From: the human T2T-CHM13v2.0 reference genome, Homo sapiens
NCBI RefSeq assembly: GCF_009914755.1
Contig: NC_060927.1
DNA: 64,000 bases
Strand: one strand, 5' to 3'
The notes under the pieces were generated by a model. That model saw nothing but the letters and a program-made list of their open reading frames with translations. It was not told where the DNA came from and did no database searches. Positions 12,217-25,221 of the stretch are shown one piece after another; the first letter of the stretch is position 1; every line of letters starts with the position of its first letter. Both the position numbers and the translations under genes were made by a program.

Positions 12217-14342
12217 CTGGAGAATTAGAAAAAAAAATGAACATCTGGGCAAGTGTACAGTGGGGAAAATGAAGGAGAATACATAATTGTTAGAACACTT
12301 CCACAACATAGCTTTTAAAAATGAGGGTAACTTTTTCATTAAGTGATGATAACCTGTTAGAGAACAACAAGATTGGTGAATAAATACAATAAATATTTAG
12401 TAGTCAGTAACTTTCCTGTTGCTTAATATCTGGGAAAGACGGAGCATAAAGAGTAAAAAGTTTCAGTTCAGACAAATAAATTCTCCTCTACCTTAATTTA
12501 TCTTAATTTTAGAAATCGTTCTACTGACATGAAATAGCCTTTCCAAAAAGATAAAGTAATATGTTAATTATCTCTGTTAATTTTAGAGGTTTTCATTTCA
12601 AACATAGGAAGAGTCCAAAGATTAAGTTATAAAATATTTAACAAATGTTATAGGGTGAGATGTTGTGAAGGGCTCAGTAGTAGAGGATATTATATTTTCC
12701 CTGAAGGTATTAGCACATTTGTTACAGAGAAAGGAAATACATATAAAAAAAGTGTAAAGGAAAAATAAAAGCCCAAGGAACAATAAAAGCCAAAGTTCCA
12801 ATGCCACATTAAGGGACATGGACCCTAAAATTGAGAATTCAGCATCATAGACTGGAAAGTTCAGGAGTTCTTGGAAATGACTGTAATTTTAATTTCTACA
12901 ATTAAAAATACATAGAATCTCTATTGAAATAGTTTTTTAATTAATCAATTAGCCTTCTAGTGCATATTGAATGAGTACATACAATCATTATTCAAGATCA
13001 GATAAGCATGATTACAACTCATTCACTCAGTGGTATATTCTTCAGTTGAACATTTTGGTTGCTGTGATGATTTTGAATGTTACAAAGCCTCAACTTGCTT
13101 TTATTCTTGATCACAAATAGATAATAATAGAAATGTAAAATAGACCTTGAATTAAAGGCAGAAAGCATAAAGAGCTCAATGTGAAAAACAAGTGAATCTT
13201 AACTTTCATGTGAAACTCTGATGAGAAAGAACCATCACATTCTTCATTTTTGTTTGTGTAGTCAACTTAAATGGATCCCATGACTTAATCTTGCTGGATC
13301 AGTGGGAAATTTAATATTAGTCATTACTGCATCTTCTGCTCATCTCCACCACTGGCAGGTGTAGGTCTCAGGTTTTCACAAAGCACGATTGAGAAGGCCT
13401 CTCTAGTCTGCCCTTCTTGCTAGTTCATCTGAGGTGTTTATGTTCTGAGTCTTCTCATCACTCAATTAATGTTAATATCTACCAGCTTTACTTCCACTGC
13501 CATACAGGTGTGCCCAGACACTCTGAGTGTTTTGAGACCTTGGGGCCTGGTCTCCAGCTTCCTTAGGTGCATAGTGAAGACACTCCCCACTGGGTCTCAA
13601 AACCTTCCTGGGATGGTGCCATGCATGTGTGTGGTCTTGCCCCTTCCACTTACATCATAACTTCCTCTAGCTCTCAGGGCTGTAGTGAGAAATAAAAACG
13701 GTACAACCTTTAAATCATTTTTACTTTCCTTTTCAAATCTTTTTTGAGGCAATAGCATAGGAAAGAGAACTTCACCATTTTATTTTATTTCAAATCAGCA
13801 TATCTAGGAGAAACTGGTGGGGAGAAAGACATGAAGCAGGGATACTCAGCATACAGTAGCGTTCCATATTTTGGCTGGGGTTAATTTCTAACAATGTATG
13901 TGCTAGAAATCAAATAAAATTATCCTTGAAAGTATACTTAATTTCCAATAGAGTACGGTATCCATTACTTTGTATATTCAACTCTGTTCTAAAATGTTTA
14001 TGTGTAAATAATAGAAACATTAGTAACATAAAAGCATTTGTGAATGGAATTTTATCATATAAACACATCATATATACCTGTATATATTTGTATGTGTGTA
14101 TATATATACACACACACATATGTAGAGCCTCCTTGCTGCATATATGCATACATGTATACATGTATGTCCATGTGCATATTTGCTTTCTGTTTTGATTGTC
14201 CTTTCTTTCACTTATCCTCTACAACCTGGAAAGCTTAATTTGTGTTGAATGAATGGGACTATCAGCCACCTTACAACCTAAGCTCAAAAGGAAGACTAGC
14301 TCCTTTGGTGATTTTAATTATTCTAAAATTATAAGCATTTCA

Positions 14343-14658
14343 GGCCGGGTATGGTGGCTCATGTCTGTAATCCCAGCACTTTGGGAGGCCAAGGCAGGAC
14401 CCGAGGTCAGGAATTCGAGACCAGCCTGGCCAAAATGGTAAAACTCTGTCTCTACTAAAAAATACCAAAATTAGCTGAGCATTGCGGTGCGTGCCTGTAG
14501 GCCCAGCTACTTGGGAGGCTGAGGCAGGAGAATTGCTTGAACCAGGAGGCAGAGGTTGCAGTGAGCCGAGATCAGGCCACTGCACTCCAGCCTGGGTGAG
14601 AGAGTGAGACTCTGCCTCAAAAATAATAATAATAAAAATAATAAATAAATAAATTTGT
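14343..14658 (+). mobile_element. AluS element with a small left-arm deletion and (taa/taaa)n tail
   Basis: ggccgggtatggtggctca...; TSD aaattataagcatt at 14326-14339 and 14659-14672. Confidence 0.95.
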
Positions 14659-15408
14659 AAATTATAAGCATTCCTTCTTCTGAATACTGATGAAGAACAG
14701 AAGAATCTGCTCACTCACAATGCCCAAGTCCTTTTCCGTGAAGGGTCAAGACCAATGGTTAAGGTGAAATACGATGTCTTCTGGGTCAGTTCAGACAATT
14801 TTAATGGCTTTGGACAACCCAATGAGGCTTATCTCATTCTGTGATTCATTTGGTAACTCTTATATTAAAATCCTTTTGTGCATAATCTCAGTTGGAGCAA
14901 GTGTGACATCATGCTATAGCCAACATGGAGAGGAGGAACATTGAAATAGAAATATTTATATCAGAGAGGCCTATTACAGAAACAGAGTAAGCACTGATGA
15001 ACTGTCTTGAATGCCAAGCTAAGAATTTTTTTGCCATGCAGTAAGATGTTACAGTACATTTCTATGAGGTGACAACTAGGTGAAAAACAATTTGTTTGGT
15101 ATTCTAATAGCAAAAAACCTGAAAAATAATTATAACAAAAGGTGACAATACGATGTCTCTGATAGGCTGTCTTTCAGAAACAGTATTTTCATACATAAGA
15201 TGCCAGAAGACGAAATGTAGCCTATTTTTCAAAGCTGGGAGAAAAATAAATGAAAATAGTATCTGGCATACACAGAAGATGTAGGGGAGTATTATTCATA
15301 ACCATGAGAGGTTAGTTAAAGATAGAGAGAATATTGGGCTTAGTCTTATTAAATGAGATTATTTGGAGATAGAGCCTAGAACTGCAAACGTTAACAAGCT
15401 ATTCAGGT

Positions 15409-15455
15409 GTTTGTGTTTTTTTTTGTTGTTTTTTTTTTGTTTGTTTGTTTGTTTT
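15409..15455. repeat. T-rich / (TTTG)n simple repeat
   Basis: Read directly. Confidence 0.8.
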
Positions 15456-15466
15456 CTGAAACTTAC

Positions 15467-15562
15467 GTGTCTCAGACTACTGCAGAAATCAAGTGAGTAT
15501 ATTGATTCTAACATGTTTTATTTTCTGAGTCATTTAGACTCCTTGAATTTCAATCTCCTGTT
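15467..15562 (-). ncRNA. Candidate 96-nt non-coding internal exon
   Basis: Minus strand: acceptor ttttccttattttgcag|, donor CAC|gtaagt; stops in all three frames from the acceptor. Confidence 0.25.
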
Positions 15563-15867
15563 CTGCAAAATAAGGAAAATTTTATCTGCAATAACTATAT
15601 CATTTAGGGAATTACCTATATAGTTTAGGGGATGACTGAAGAAGCAATCATATATAAAAAACACTTTCAAACTTAGAAGTGCCAGACAAACGCATGTTGC
15701 TGTGGTTGTTGAAACCTGTATTACCATTATACCTCAATTCCTTCCTCAAAATTTGTATTTCTTCTTCTATGCTATGTAATGCATACTCTGTGGAAGCTAG
15801 GTCCAATAGCCATTAATCTTTAAAAGGCTTAGAAGAATTTGTGTTCCAGTCAATGAAAAGCATTAAA

Positions 15868-15950
15868 GCTGGAAGGGATTTTAGTGTATCTTTTCAACAC
15901 ATCTAATTCAATGTTTTACAGATGAAAAGGTTGAGATCTAGAGATTTGAA
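15868..15950 (-). mobile_element. MIR fragment
   Basis: gctggaagggattttag...ttttacagatgaaaaggttgagatctagaga is the MIR core in antisense. Confidence 0.55.
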
Positions 15951-18900
15951 ATTCTTCTGTCGTTTTTTTATATTAGAAAATCAAAGATGATTATTTGTAT
16001 TTTTTAAATAAATGTATATCAAATATTAGATATGCATCCATGAGTATATTCGTTCTAAAATTCATTTGTTCTTTCTTTCCCACTCCCCAAACATGCCAAA
16101 AAAAAATGTTTAATAGAGGACTTGCGTCAAAGTTCCAAGCCCTCTGGAACTTTGGTTCTGGGTGTGGTAAGCATAAAGAGGGTGAAAGCGTTCTGTTATC
16201 TGGGTTGAGTTTTTGGAGGGCTTAATCCCAAAGTCCTAGAGAGTTGACATTTTTTTTGAGATACCCCAGATCTGTTTTTTGCAGATATCCTAGGATTCAG
16301 CAAAAATAGCCCAATATAAATATTCAAGAAATCTGCCACACGTTGATAGAAAATTTTGGCAAATATGTAATCACAGATGGTACATATCACTGAATCTAAA
16401 TAAAATCAATCATAGACTCAAAGGAAAGACCTATGATTTAAGAAACTAGAATAATATAGACTTTCATTTTACATAAAAGCAAACTAAGGCTAAGAAATAT
16501 TATTTTGTGCCCCGAAAGTTAAAGATTATGGAAGAGTACCACCTTGATCTACTCATGCATAATGCAGATCAGCTTTCACTTTACAGGATGCTAATTTTAA
16601 AACAAGCCTTTCCTGCAAAGTAAACTCTCATATCCAATGTCAGCTTTGCAAAGAGAGTAGTTAACAGGCCGCTGAATATTCACTCTTCTAATGTGTATTA
16701 CCAAACTGATAAAACATTGGAAGGCACTGAGAACAATCTGATATATTAGTATTCTGAGGCATAATCTTTAATCTTAATTATGTTTATCCCTCGATCTTAA
16801 CTCTAATCCTTAAAAAAATAGTCAAAATGCTTCAATTCCTGTCTTCAGAGTTATGTAGTTTTAAATGTGTGTTTTATGTATAACATACATTTTTAATATA
16901 AAAAAAGAAAGAAAGCTTATATTTTAACATTTTCCTTATTTCAGTCTAACATGATTATTATTATATCAAGTGACTTAAATTTCATGGGTGAAAATAGCTT
17001 TTACAGAGTTATTTTATGTTGCTTTCCATGAATTTTTTTAATATCACAATGCACTACAAAGACCTGCTGTTAGTATGGTCACAAATAAAATATACAGTGG
17101 ATTATTAAACAGTCAAAGAAGGACAATACAAGAAGGCACTGCATATGGGAAATCAGCCAACATATAAAATGTCAGCTCTGCCAGTGACCAACACATGGAT
17201 AAAGACAAGTGTTGTTCACTAGGAGGAAAAGTAGTTTTGAATGATGACAATTGTGTAAAAATGCAATAATGCAAAAGCCTTTTTCCCAATAAGAAATAGA
17301 TGTGATTTGTTATGCTTTTAAGCTTTAAAACTATTTTTAGCATACTGGAGAAAAATAAATATATTTAAAAAATGAGGTTGATTATTCATCGAATGTATTT
17401 TCTGATATAAAAGTGCACACAAGAGCTTTTTGTTTTTGCAGTGGAGGAAAAACATTATGACTAGGATTTTACTTCATGCCTAAGGAAAAGTCTTTATTGC
17501 TAAATCAAGAATGAATGATGCTTGTTTTGTTGTTCATTACATTTTTAAAGTGAAATTAAATAATATTTATAATAATAAACTCTTCATACGAAAGACTATA
17601 AGATAGAGCTTATTTTACGTGTTATATGAAAAATCACATACATGGTCAAGATAAAAATTGTTCAAAGTATTAATAACTATTAAGATACCATCCCACATCT
17701 TTCTTTTTTCTCTTTTTTATTCCTTTCTCATCCTCTTGTGCATATGCAATTATGCCTATTCATTTTAGATGTTTATATGATACACAATTAACAAATTATT
17801 TTCAAAAGTCTGTACTCAGGCATTAAAGCCCAATTAACAGGATCATATGCAAGATCTTTTATCTGTCTACCAAAGATCATTTTTCCACTTTCTTCCTGTA
17901 TAATTATTAAAATTAAGAAACACAAATATTCTGAAATTTTAAAAATATATGAAGCTGTATATAAACTAGGAGCATACCTAAATTGCACAAATGCCAGAAT
18001 ACAGGCATAGCAGATTTAATCTTCTAGCAACATTATTTTAGGAAACTAAATTTAATGTCAAAATATATTACTCAAGAAAAATAAGATAAAAATTAACATT
18101 TAAAGACTTTCTTATGAAATTTTCCCTGGAACCAATGGAGCAAAATGCTTGCTTTGATTCGCATTTGACTCCAATAGCTTAAACACTGTTCATTAAACCA
18201 CATTTAATATATTATTCCATTAAGTCTCTGACATAAAGGAGTTTACATTGAGTTAGGGAATTGAGATTTCCTGCTAAATAATATACAGGAATGAAGTAAT
18301 AATAAAAGTATTGCAACAAGTACATGAACAACTGCTAAACACCGATTGGTGAGTTCAAGGGAGAAGCTATTCTCCTTGGGTAATCACCTACTGAGGAGTC
18401 TTTTTGGAGGTAGAACTTAGCCAGGAACTTGAACTATAAGGCTGGAAGAAAGGTTAGGAAAGTACAAAGGGAACAGATTGGGCAAAGGGTGCAATATGAA
18501 GGAGCATTGATGGTAGTCATTTGATTACAGTAATTGAAAAGCAATGAGTCACATATAGTTGAAAAGATCATTTGGGCAGGAATGAGATTGATTAGTACAG
18601 TGCCTGATCAATGCTTGATGAATTGAACTGATTTGATTATTTTACCCTAAACTTGCATTTTGCACTCAAGTAAAACATGAAGCTAGAGATCTCCCAGACA
18701 TTTTTGTTGCTGTTTTTCCTCATTACTGGGGCTGCGCTATGCCATGGCTACGGGATATAGTGGTGACTTTCAGCTATTACAACTATGCTTCCTCCTAGTA
18801 AATGTTGTTGCTTCTCTTCTTCACAATTCAAGAGGTAATCCCAGTGCCATCTGCATTATTCAGACGGAGATCATATATATTTTTGCACCAGGTGACCAGC

Positions 18901-19220
18901 ACAGCCTTGTCCTTGCGATTTGTCATGCGTTTTCCCCTTCAATCCTTGATCTCCATTGCCCTGAAGCCCCAGCTCCCTGAACACAAAGCCTATCTTTAAA
19001 GTGAACACAAATGACATGTTAATGATTTGTAGAAACACAAAGCAGGCGGTTAATGACCATAGTTGAAATTAAGGACTTCATTTTCATCAGCTCAGCAGGC
19101 TTTGAAACAACCAGAGAAAGCTCAGGAATGAGGCCTTGCTAATGCACCTGCTTCCAGGCATGAGGGCAGCTTAACATTAACTTTCAGTCAATGATCCATA
19201 GCCCTCTTGAGGGAACTTAC

Positions 19221-19390
19221 CATTCTTCAATTCACTGGGACGTGCTGCTCCCTACCCACTTCCTATTACACGGATACCAGCTGGGAGCCTGATACCCAGT
19301 TAGGTTTTCATTTATGAGATGCTTGGATGATAATAGAGGCCAGAGTCAAGTAAAGATTTTTATTCATATCGGTGAGGTGATTATAGCCTG
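19221..19390 (-). ncRNA. Candidate 170-nt non-coding exon (NAGNAG acceptor)
   Basis: Minus strand: acceptor catccctttctgcag|cag, donor ATG|gtaagt; lies in unique sequence. Confidence 0.2.
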
Positions 19391-19469
19391 CTGCAGAAAG
19401 GGATGACTAGTAATTTGGACAGGGAGATGGTACCTTTGTATTTGCTCCCTCCCCTACCTCCCCAGATAT

Positions 19470-20010
19470 ATTTTCTTCCTAATGGAATCTTGACTATACC
19501 ACCCCACTCTTGAAACTATTCAATGGCTTACTATTGCTCTAAGGATAGAGACTAAGTTTCTTGACATGGTCTGTAGTATCCTGCCTGGCCTGACCCCAGC
19601 TGACAGCTCTGATATCAACTCATATTGAAATTTACTCTACTCTCTGTTCTTATCTCAGTTTCTTTCTTTCAGAAACTCCAGGGTACCTTCCTCAGCCCTG
19701 CCACAGGATTTTATACTTGTTGCTACAGTTTTCCAAAATGCTCTTGCCCGTTCTTCAGATAACTTACACTTATCCTCAGGAAAGCTCTTCTCTGATTTCG
19801 CTAGCTAGGTCAAATAAAATGCCTCCTTGAGATATAATCATAGCATCATAAAGCTCAGTTATATTTATTAATGTAATTTTTTAGTGACTATTCTTCCTCT
19901 AGATGGTACGTTCTGTGGAATCAAAGAAAGTCAGTATTGTCCATCTTGGATATCCAATTACCTGGCATATTGACCAGCAAATAGAGGACACACTAAATAT
20001 TTATGAAATA
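19470..20010 (+). mobile_element. L2 3' region
   Basis: cttgaaactattcaatggcttactattgctct...ctggcctgaccccagc...ctggcata...aaatattt are typical L2a/b 3' motifs. Confidence 0.65.
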
Positions 20011-20864
20011 TAAGGATATTTAGGACAAATAAAATTACAAAAATGAAAAGCACCACATATGTGTGTATGTACATAAACACACACATACACACATATATAG
20101 TACTTTTACAATTAGAGGACTATAGAACACATCAACGAATGTTAGAACATGAAAATGAGACACTAGACTATAAAAGATAGTAGGTCTTTCAGAAAAGAGA
20201 TTGAAAAGCCAAAAGAATGAGAATTGAGTCAAAAGAAAAACATAGCAATTAAAACCAGGATCACAGTAAAACATTATTTTAAATTGCTTACATTGATCAT
20301 ATAGCCTACAATTTACACAAAATCTGATACATTCTTATAGATTATTAAATTGCACTGTCAAAACTAAATCTATGACATGGAAATATCATCGTGACACAAA
20401 GATTAAATGTGTTGCACAATTGAAGATCACCTTTTAAAGAATATGTTAGCTTTCTCTGACAGAAGAGTGTAAAATTATGCTTTCCTGACTCTTAATAAAT
20501 ATAATAATTATTTCTACCTAAAATTAATAAGTGTTCTTACAGGTAGATAAGCCACCAATACCACAGGTGATGATAATTCAAGGTTACAATAAAAATCTTG
20601 GTCTTTTTTTTCCCCAGTGAAAGACCCATGACAACTGTATGCTAGCATACAGCAGGTGTGTACTGCATCTCAAACACTCCTGTTTCACTTTCTTCCTACT
20701 GACCAAGGACAAATTTAATTTGTGGGCTCTGCCCTCATCACCATTAAGCTGACATGAATAAGAGGACCCATTTCAAATTGATTTTAAGTTTTCAAAAAAT
20801 GAAAGCATATAAAATATACTCCAAAAAGTTTGACTTCAGAACACTGCTTCACACTAACAATACT

Positions 20865-21232
20865 TAGTATGGTCTGGCTCTGTGTCCCCACCTGTATCTC
20901 ATCTCAAATTGTAATCCCTACATGTTGAGTGATGGACCTGGTGGAGGTGATTGGATCATGGGGGTGGGTTTCCCCTATGCTATTCTCATGATAGAGAGTG
21001 ACTTCTCATGAAAACTGATGGTTTAAAAGTGTTTGGTAGGTCCCTCCTCCCTCTCTTTCTCTCCTGCTGCCATGTCAGATGCGCCTTGCTTCCCCTTCAC
21101 CTCCCACCACGATTGTAAGTTTCCTGAGGCCTCCCCAGACATGCAGAACTATGAGTCAATTAAACCTCTTTCCTTCATAAATTACCCCGTTTCAGGCAGT
21201 TATTTATAGTAGTGTGAAAATGGACTAATACA
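20865..21232 (+). mobile_element. THE1 (THE1D-like) solo LTR
   Basis: tatggtctggctctgtgtccccacc ... tggactaataca; perfect 5-bp TSD atact (20860-20864 and 21233-21237). Confidence 0.95.
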
Positions 21233-21378
21233 ATACTTAATATTTTTACAAGCCAAATCATTTTCTACATAATCATTTAATATAAATAGACAGTTAACAG
21301 AATAGGAAAATCACCATGAAAATCTGTGTTCCGCAGTATCATTTACTTTATTTTCACAACATACTATGTATACATGGA

Positions 21379-21778
21379 TAGCGTGGTTTGGATGTGTGTC
21401 CCCTCCAAATCTCATGTTGCAATATGATTCCCAATATTGGAGGTGAGGTCTGGTGGGAGGTGATTGGATCAGGGAGGTAGATTCCTCATGAATAACTAAG
21501 CACCATTCCCTTGGTAATAACTGAGTTCTCACTCACTTAGATCTGGTTGTTTAAAAGTCTGGGACCTCTCCCTTCTCTCTCTTGTTCCCTTCACCATGTG
21601 ATATGCTGGCTTCCCTTCCCTTCCACCATGACTGTAAGCCTCCTGAGGCCCTCACCAGAAGCAGATGTTAGAACCATGCTAGTACAGCCTGCAGAACTGT
21701 GAGCCAATTCAACCTCTTTTTATAAATTTCCCAGTCTCATGTATTTTTTTTATAGCAAGGCAAGAGCACATTTACACA
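21379..21778 (+). mobile_element. MSTB-like solo LTR
   Basis: tggtttggatgtgtgtcccctccaaatctcatgttg ... cctgaggccctcaccagaagcagatg ... cagcctgcagaactgtgagcc. Confidence 0.9.
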
Positions 21779-22171
21779 GATAGGCATTTATATGAATATT
21801 AATAAACATGAAAAGACTATTTGATTTTTTATGGTGAAATCAAGTCACATTTACCAAATAAAAACAAATATTTCTACTGATAAATTTTAATGAAGCTTAA
21901 TGACTACTTGTATCAATTTTTGGGATACATGTGTAGTTCTGATTGATATGTAGGACCACATTTGCCATAAAACAAATATACAAAAATCATTGATTGTGGT
22001 TTTTTTCTATTTTGAGAATTACTCAGGTTACTAAAATGGTAAATTAGAGTTTAGAAACAGGAAACCTGAAAACATATTTTTTTTCTTTAAACCCAATTAC
22101 CTAACTACACTTTGAGTTCCTCAAGTGTAGGGCCTTATTTATTTTCATGTTCCATCTCTGAATGAAATAAC

Positions 22172-22560
22172 TGATGCTAACAGCTGTAACAAATAACATC
22201 AAAATCTCAGGAGCTTTACAGAATAAAAGTTCCCTTCTTGCCCACAGATTAATCCAGTGCAGATATTACTGGGAAGGCAGATGCTTGGGTGACATTGCAG
22301 GGTGTGTTTCCTCTAAGTGGTGACTCAGAGATGCAGTTCTTGATGCCATATCACCTTTAAATGACCTTTCAGATTGCTGCAAAAATAGAAGACAGAGTAA
22401 AAAGTTTTGTGTGTGAGATTTTCATAAACCATATCTGGAAGTGGCATATATTGCTTCTACTGGCCAGAAGTGAGTTACAGAGCCCCATCTAAATGCAAGG
22501 AGTTCGAAAAATGTTTAGTTCTGTTCCTTGGCACAGAAGAGAAAAATAATAGTCTCTGAA
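22172..22560 (-). mobile_element. Old MLT1 (J/K/L-like) LTR
   Basis: gctgtaacaaataac..caaaatctcag..gcttta...tggaagtggcata...tggccagaa...aaatgcaaggag. Confidence 0.6.
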
Positions 22561-22859
22561 ATACCCAATATAGAGTAACAGCATAGCAATTGCTTGACTT
22601 ATATATACCTAACTGAGATGATGTGGAAAATATAGAGAAGAAAAGTGTGTTTTATCACTCTCAGTAAAAGAATTTATAATATAATTAGGGAACAGACACC
22701 TGTGAAACAATGTGTGAACAAAGCAATACAGTATATGCCAGTGCATCATTGCACTGACTGACATAGTTAAATGTCAAGTGGTACAGTACAAACCACTAGA
22801 GGCAGGACAGTATCCAATTATGTGTTATTATTGTTTTGTAATACACCATTACTAAATGA

Positions 22860-23350
22860 AATAGAAATTTGACTTGAGAGATTTTTCTGGATAGATGTTG
22901 TTGGAAAAGTCTTCTGAAGAAGCAGGAACTTGAGGTGAGCCTTGAGGAATAGCTCAGTCATAGATGTTAGTGGGGTTGGTTGAATGAGCTAGAACAGGAG
23001 ATATGGGTGGGATAGAATTGACAAAAGCCTTGATATGTCAATCTGGTGGCCTGTGTTGGTTTATAGGATTAGTATTAGAAATAATAGAAAATAAATCTAA
23101 ACAGGCCAAGATGGGTTGAGAGGGCATTAGAAATTGAGAGGCTTTCAATCAGAAAGAAATGTTGAAACTCAGTGCAAGAGGCTACAATGAGCCATTATAA
23201 ATTTATAAGCACATTTACAAGACTGACCTAATGAGAAGATAAATTTAGCAGTGGAGTTCTGTATAGTGTGCCAGTGATACAGATTTGATCGGCAGATTGT
23301 GGTGAGTGGAGAGCTTTAGAAGTCATCATTCAAAGATGAGATTTGATGAG
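22860..23350 (-). mobile_element. L2 fragment(s)
   Basis: ggaaaagtcttctgaagaag...acttgaggtgagccttgagga...gagccatt resemble antisense L2 3' region. Confidence 0.4.
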
Positions 23351-23469
23351 GAATAACCTTCTTAATGATTTTGTTGGATACACAGACTAATTGGCCTGTG
23401 GATTTTTTTTCCTCGCAAGGGTGCACTGACTTTGGACACCAGAAAGTATCACCATGTACCTTTTTCAAC

Positions 23470-24130
23470 TGTATTAGTTATCTATTGCTTTGTAACAACC
23501 CCAAACTTAAAGATTAGAACAAATGTAATTATCTCAAGCTGTTTTTGATATCTATAGCCATGCTTAAATTTTTGTGTTAAGAATTTGAAAGCAGTTTAGC
23601 TGGGTGTTTGTACCTTTGTTTCTCTCCTGGTGTTGGATTCAAGCTGTTGGCTATGACTGCACCCATCTGGGAACTTAATTTGGGCTAGAGGATTGGATTA
23701 AAAGATGGCTTGCTCACATGGCTGCTGGTTGGAGGCCTCAGTTTCTCAACACAGAAACCTCTTCACAGGGTTTCTTGAGTGTCCTCATGACATGGCAGCC
23801 GTCTTCTTCCAAAACAAGTGAAAACAAACAAGAAGTGTTCTTCCAGAACAAGAGAAAAGTGTTTGGTAGGTCCCTCCTCCCTCTTTTCTCTCCTGCTGCC
23901 ATGTAAGATGCGCCTTGCTTCTTCCAGAAAAGCAAAAACAATAAAAGAAGCCACAATGCCTTCTATTATGACATAGTCTTAGAAGTCATGCATCATTATG
24001 TCTGCCATAGATTATTTCTTAGGAACAAGTCATTAAGTGTAGCTCATGCCCAAGTGGAGTGAGACTGAGTTTCTACCTTTTCAAGAAAGGAGTATCAAAT
24101 AATTTATGGACATATTTTAAAACTACCACA
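23470..24130 (-). mobile_element. MLT1F/G-like LTR carrying a templated insertion at about 23825-23921
   Basis: Starts tgtattagttatctattgct; contains ttgagtgtcctcatgacatggcagc; ends ttttaaaactaccaca. Confidence 0.85.
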
Positions 24131-25221
24131 GCAAGTTTGTCTTTGTCTATATCTGAAGGGATCTACTGCAAAATTATTTGCCATTTGGATTATTACTAAT
24201 TCCAAGTCAAAAGTTTGGATATTTTCTTTCTTTCTTTTCTTCCTTCTCTCTCTCTCCTACTTTCCATCCTTCTTTCCTTTGAAATGAGAATTTACATAAA
24301 TTTGCTTATAAAAGGAAAAGCATTTTGAATACCATTTAATTTTACATTTTATTTTCTTCTAGCCTTCTGAAGCCCTTTTTCTATAATACCCTCACACGCT
24401 TCATAGAATACTTTCCTTCATTTCTTGTGTTAAATGAAACCCAAGTCTCTTTTGAGGACGACATTCTTTTCCGGTAATACTCTTGAGTAGAGGCTACTCC
24501 TTCTTCTCTGTCTCATTCATCTAAAAGCCCAAAGTTAGAAACACCACCTTTCCAGCTTCCTATACCATGTATAAATCACTACTCTTTCACTTTTCCAATA
24601 AATTTTTTTCTTTTAAAGTCATGTCATTAGGCTATGCCACCTTCTTTCCTGAAGCTGGAAATATTCTTCACCACTTCATCACTTGTAGCATTGTCTTCTT
24701 CCCTAACCACCAGGAGACTTTAGGATCCTTGTCTTACAGCATGTAAGCCTTGTGATGTTTTAACTTCATAAGCCCAGGCCACCTCCCCTCTACTCTTCAC
24801 CAGCTTTTTAAATCTATAGCCACACAAAAAATTGTTTCATTTCTGAACTCTTGAAGAGTAGTAAGCACTCTGTTTTTTCTTTTTCCCAGAATTCTCACTC
24901 TCATTATCCTGCTCTGAACATAGACTGATTTATGGAGCAAAAGTCCTTTAAAATGTCATTCTCCTTTACTCTATACCATTTCACTTTTAACTCGTATTCT
25001 TTCTCTAGCCAGCATCAAATCAAACTCCATCATTGTAGTGTTTCTTGACCTCTTCACCTTGTCCTGCTTTCTTTCCACTTATTCCACTTCTTAAAGTCTG
25101 AATCAATCCAGCTCCCCACTGTTACTGATTTGCGGATGAAGGATCCCAGATAAAACCATTTTTCTGAGATAAATATAGATCTATGGACCTCAACTTCATC
25201 TTAGAAACACCATAATATGGC

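Noticed and set aside
13910-14238. Overlapping ORFs rich in Y/I/C/H/V
   Set aside because: They derive from a degenerate (TA)/(TG)/(CA) low-complexity tract.
14340-14714. 124-aa ORF and similar Alu-overlapping ORFs (33788-34053, 41376-41567, 60551-60773, 62314-62622)
   Set aside because: These are standard Alu-derived reading frames (ESHSLTQAGVQW, RLECSG), not genes.
18870-18993. Minus-strand frame IGFVFRELGLQGNGDQGLKGKTHDK..., faintly collagen-like
   Set aside because: The Gly-X-Y periodicity is not maintained, the frame stops after about 40 codons, and I found no good donor site.
22740-22757. Small perfect hairpins (cagtgca-tcat-tgcactg here; aaatgaattt/aaattcattt at 55282-55316)
   Set aside because: Stems of 7-10 bp are expected by chance in 64 kb of AT-rich DNA and are too short for a pre-miRNA or MITE.
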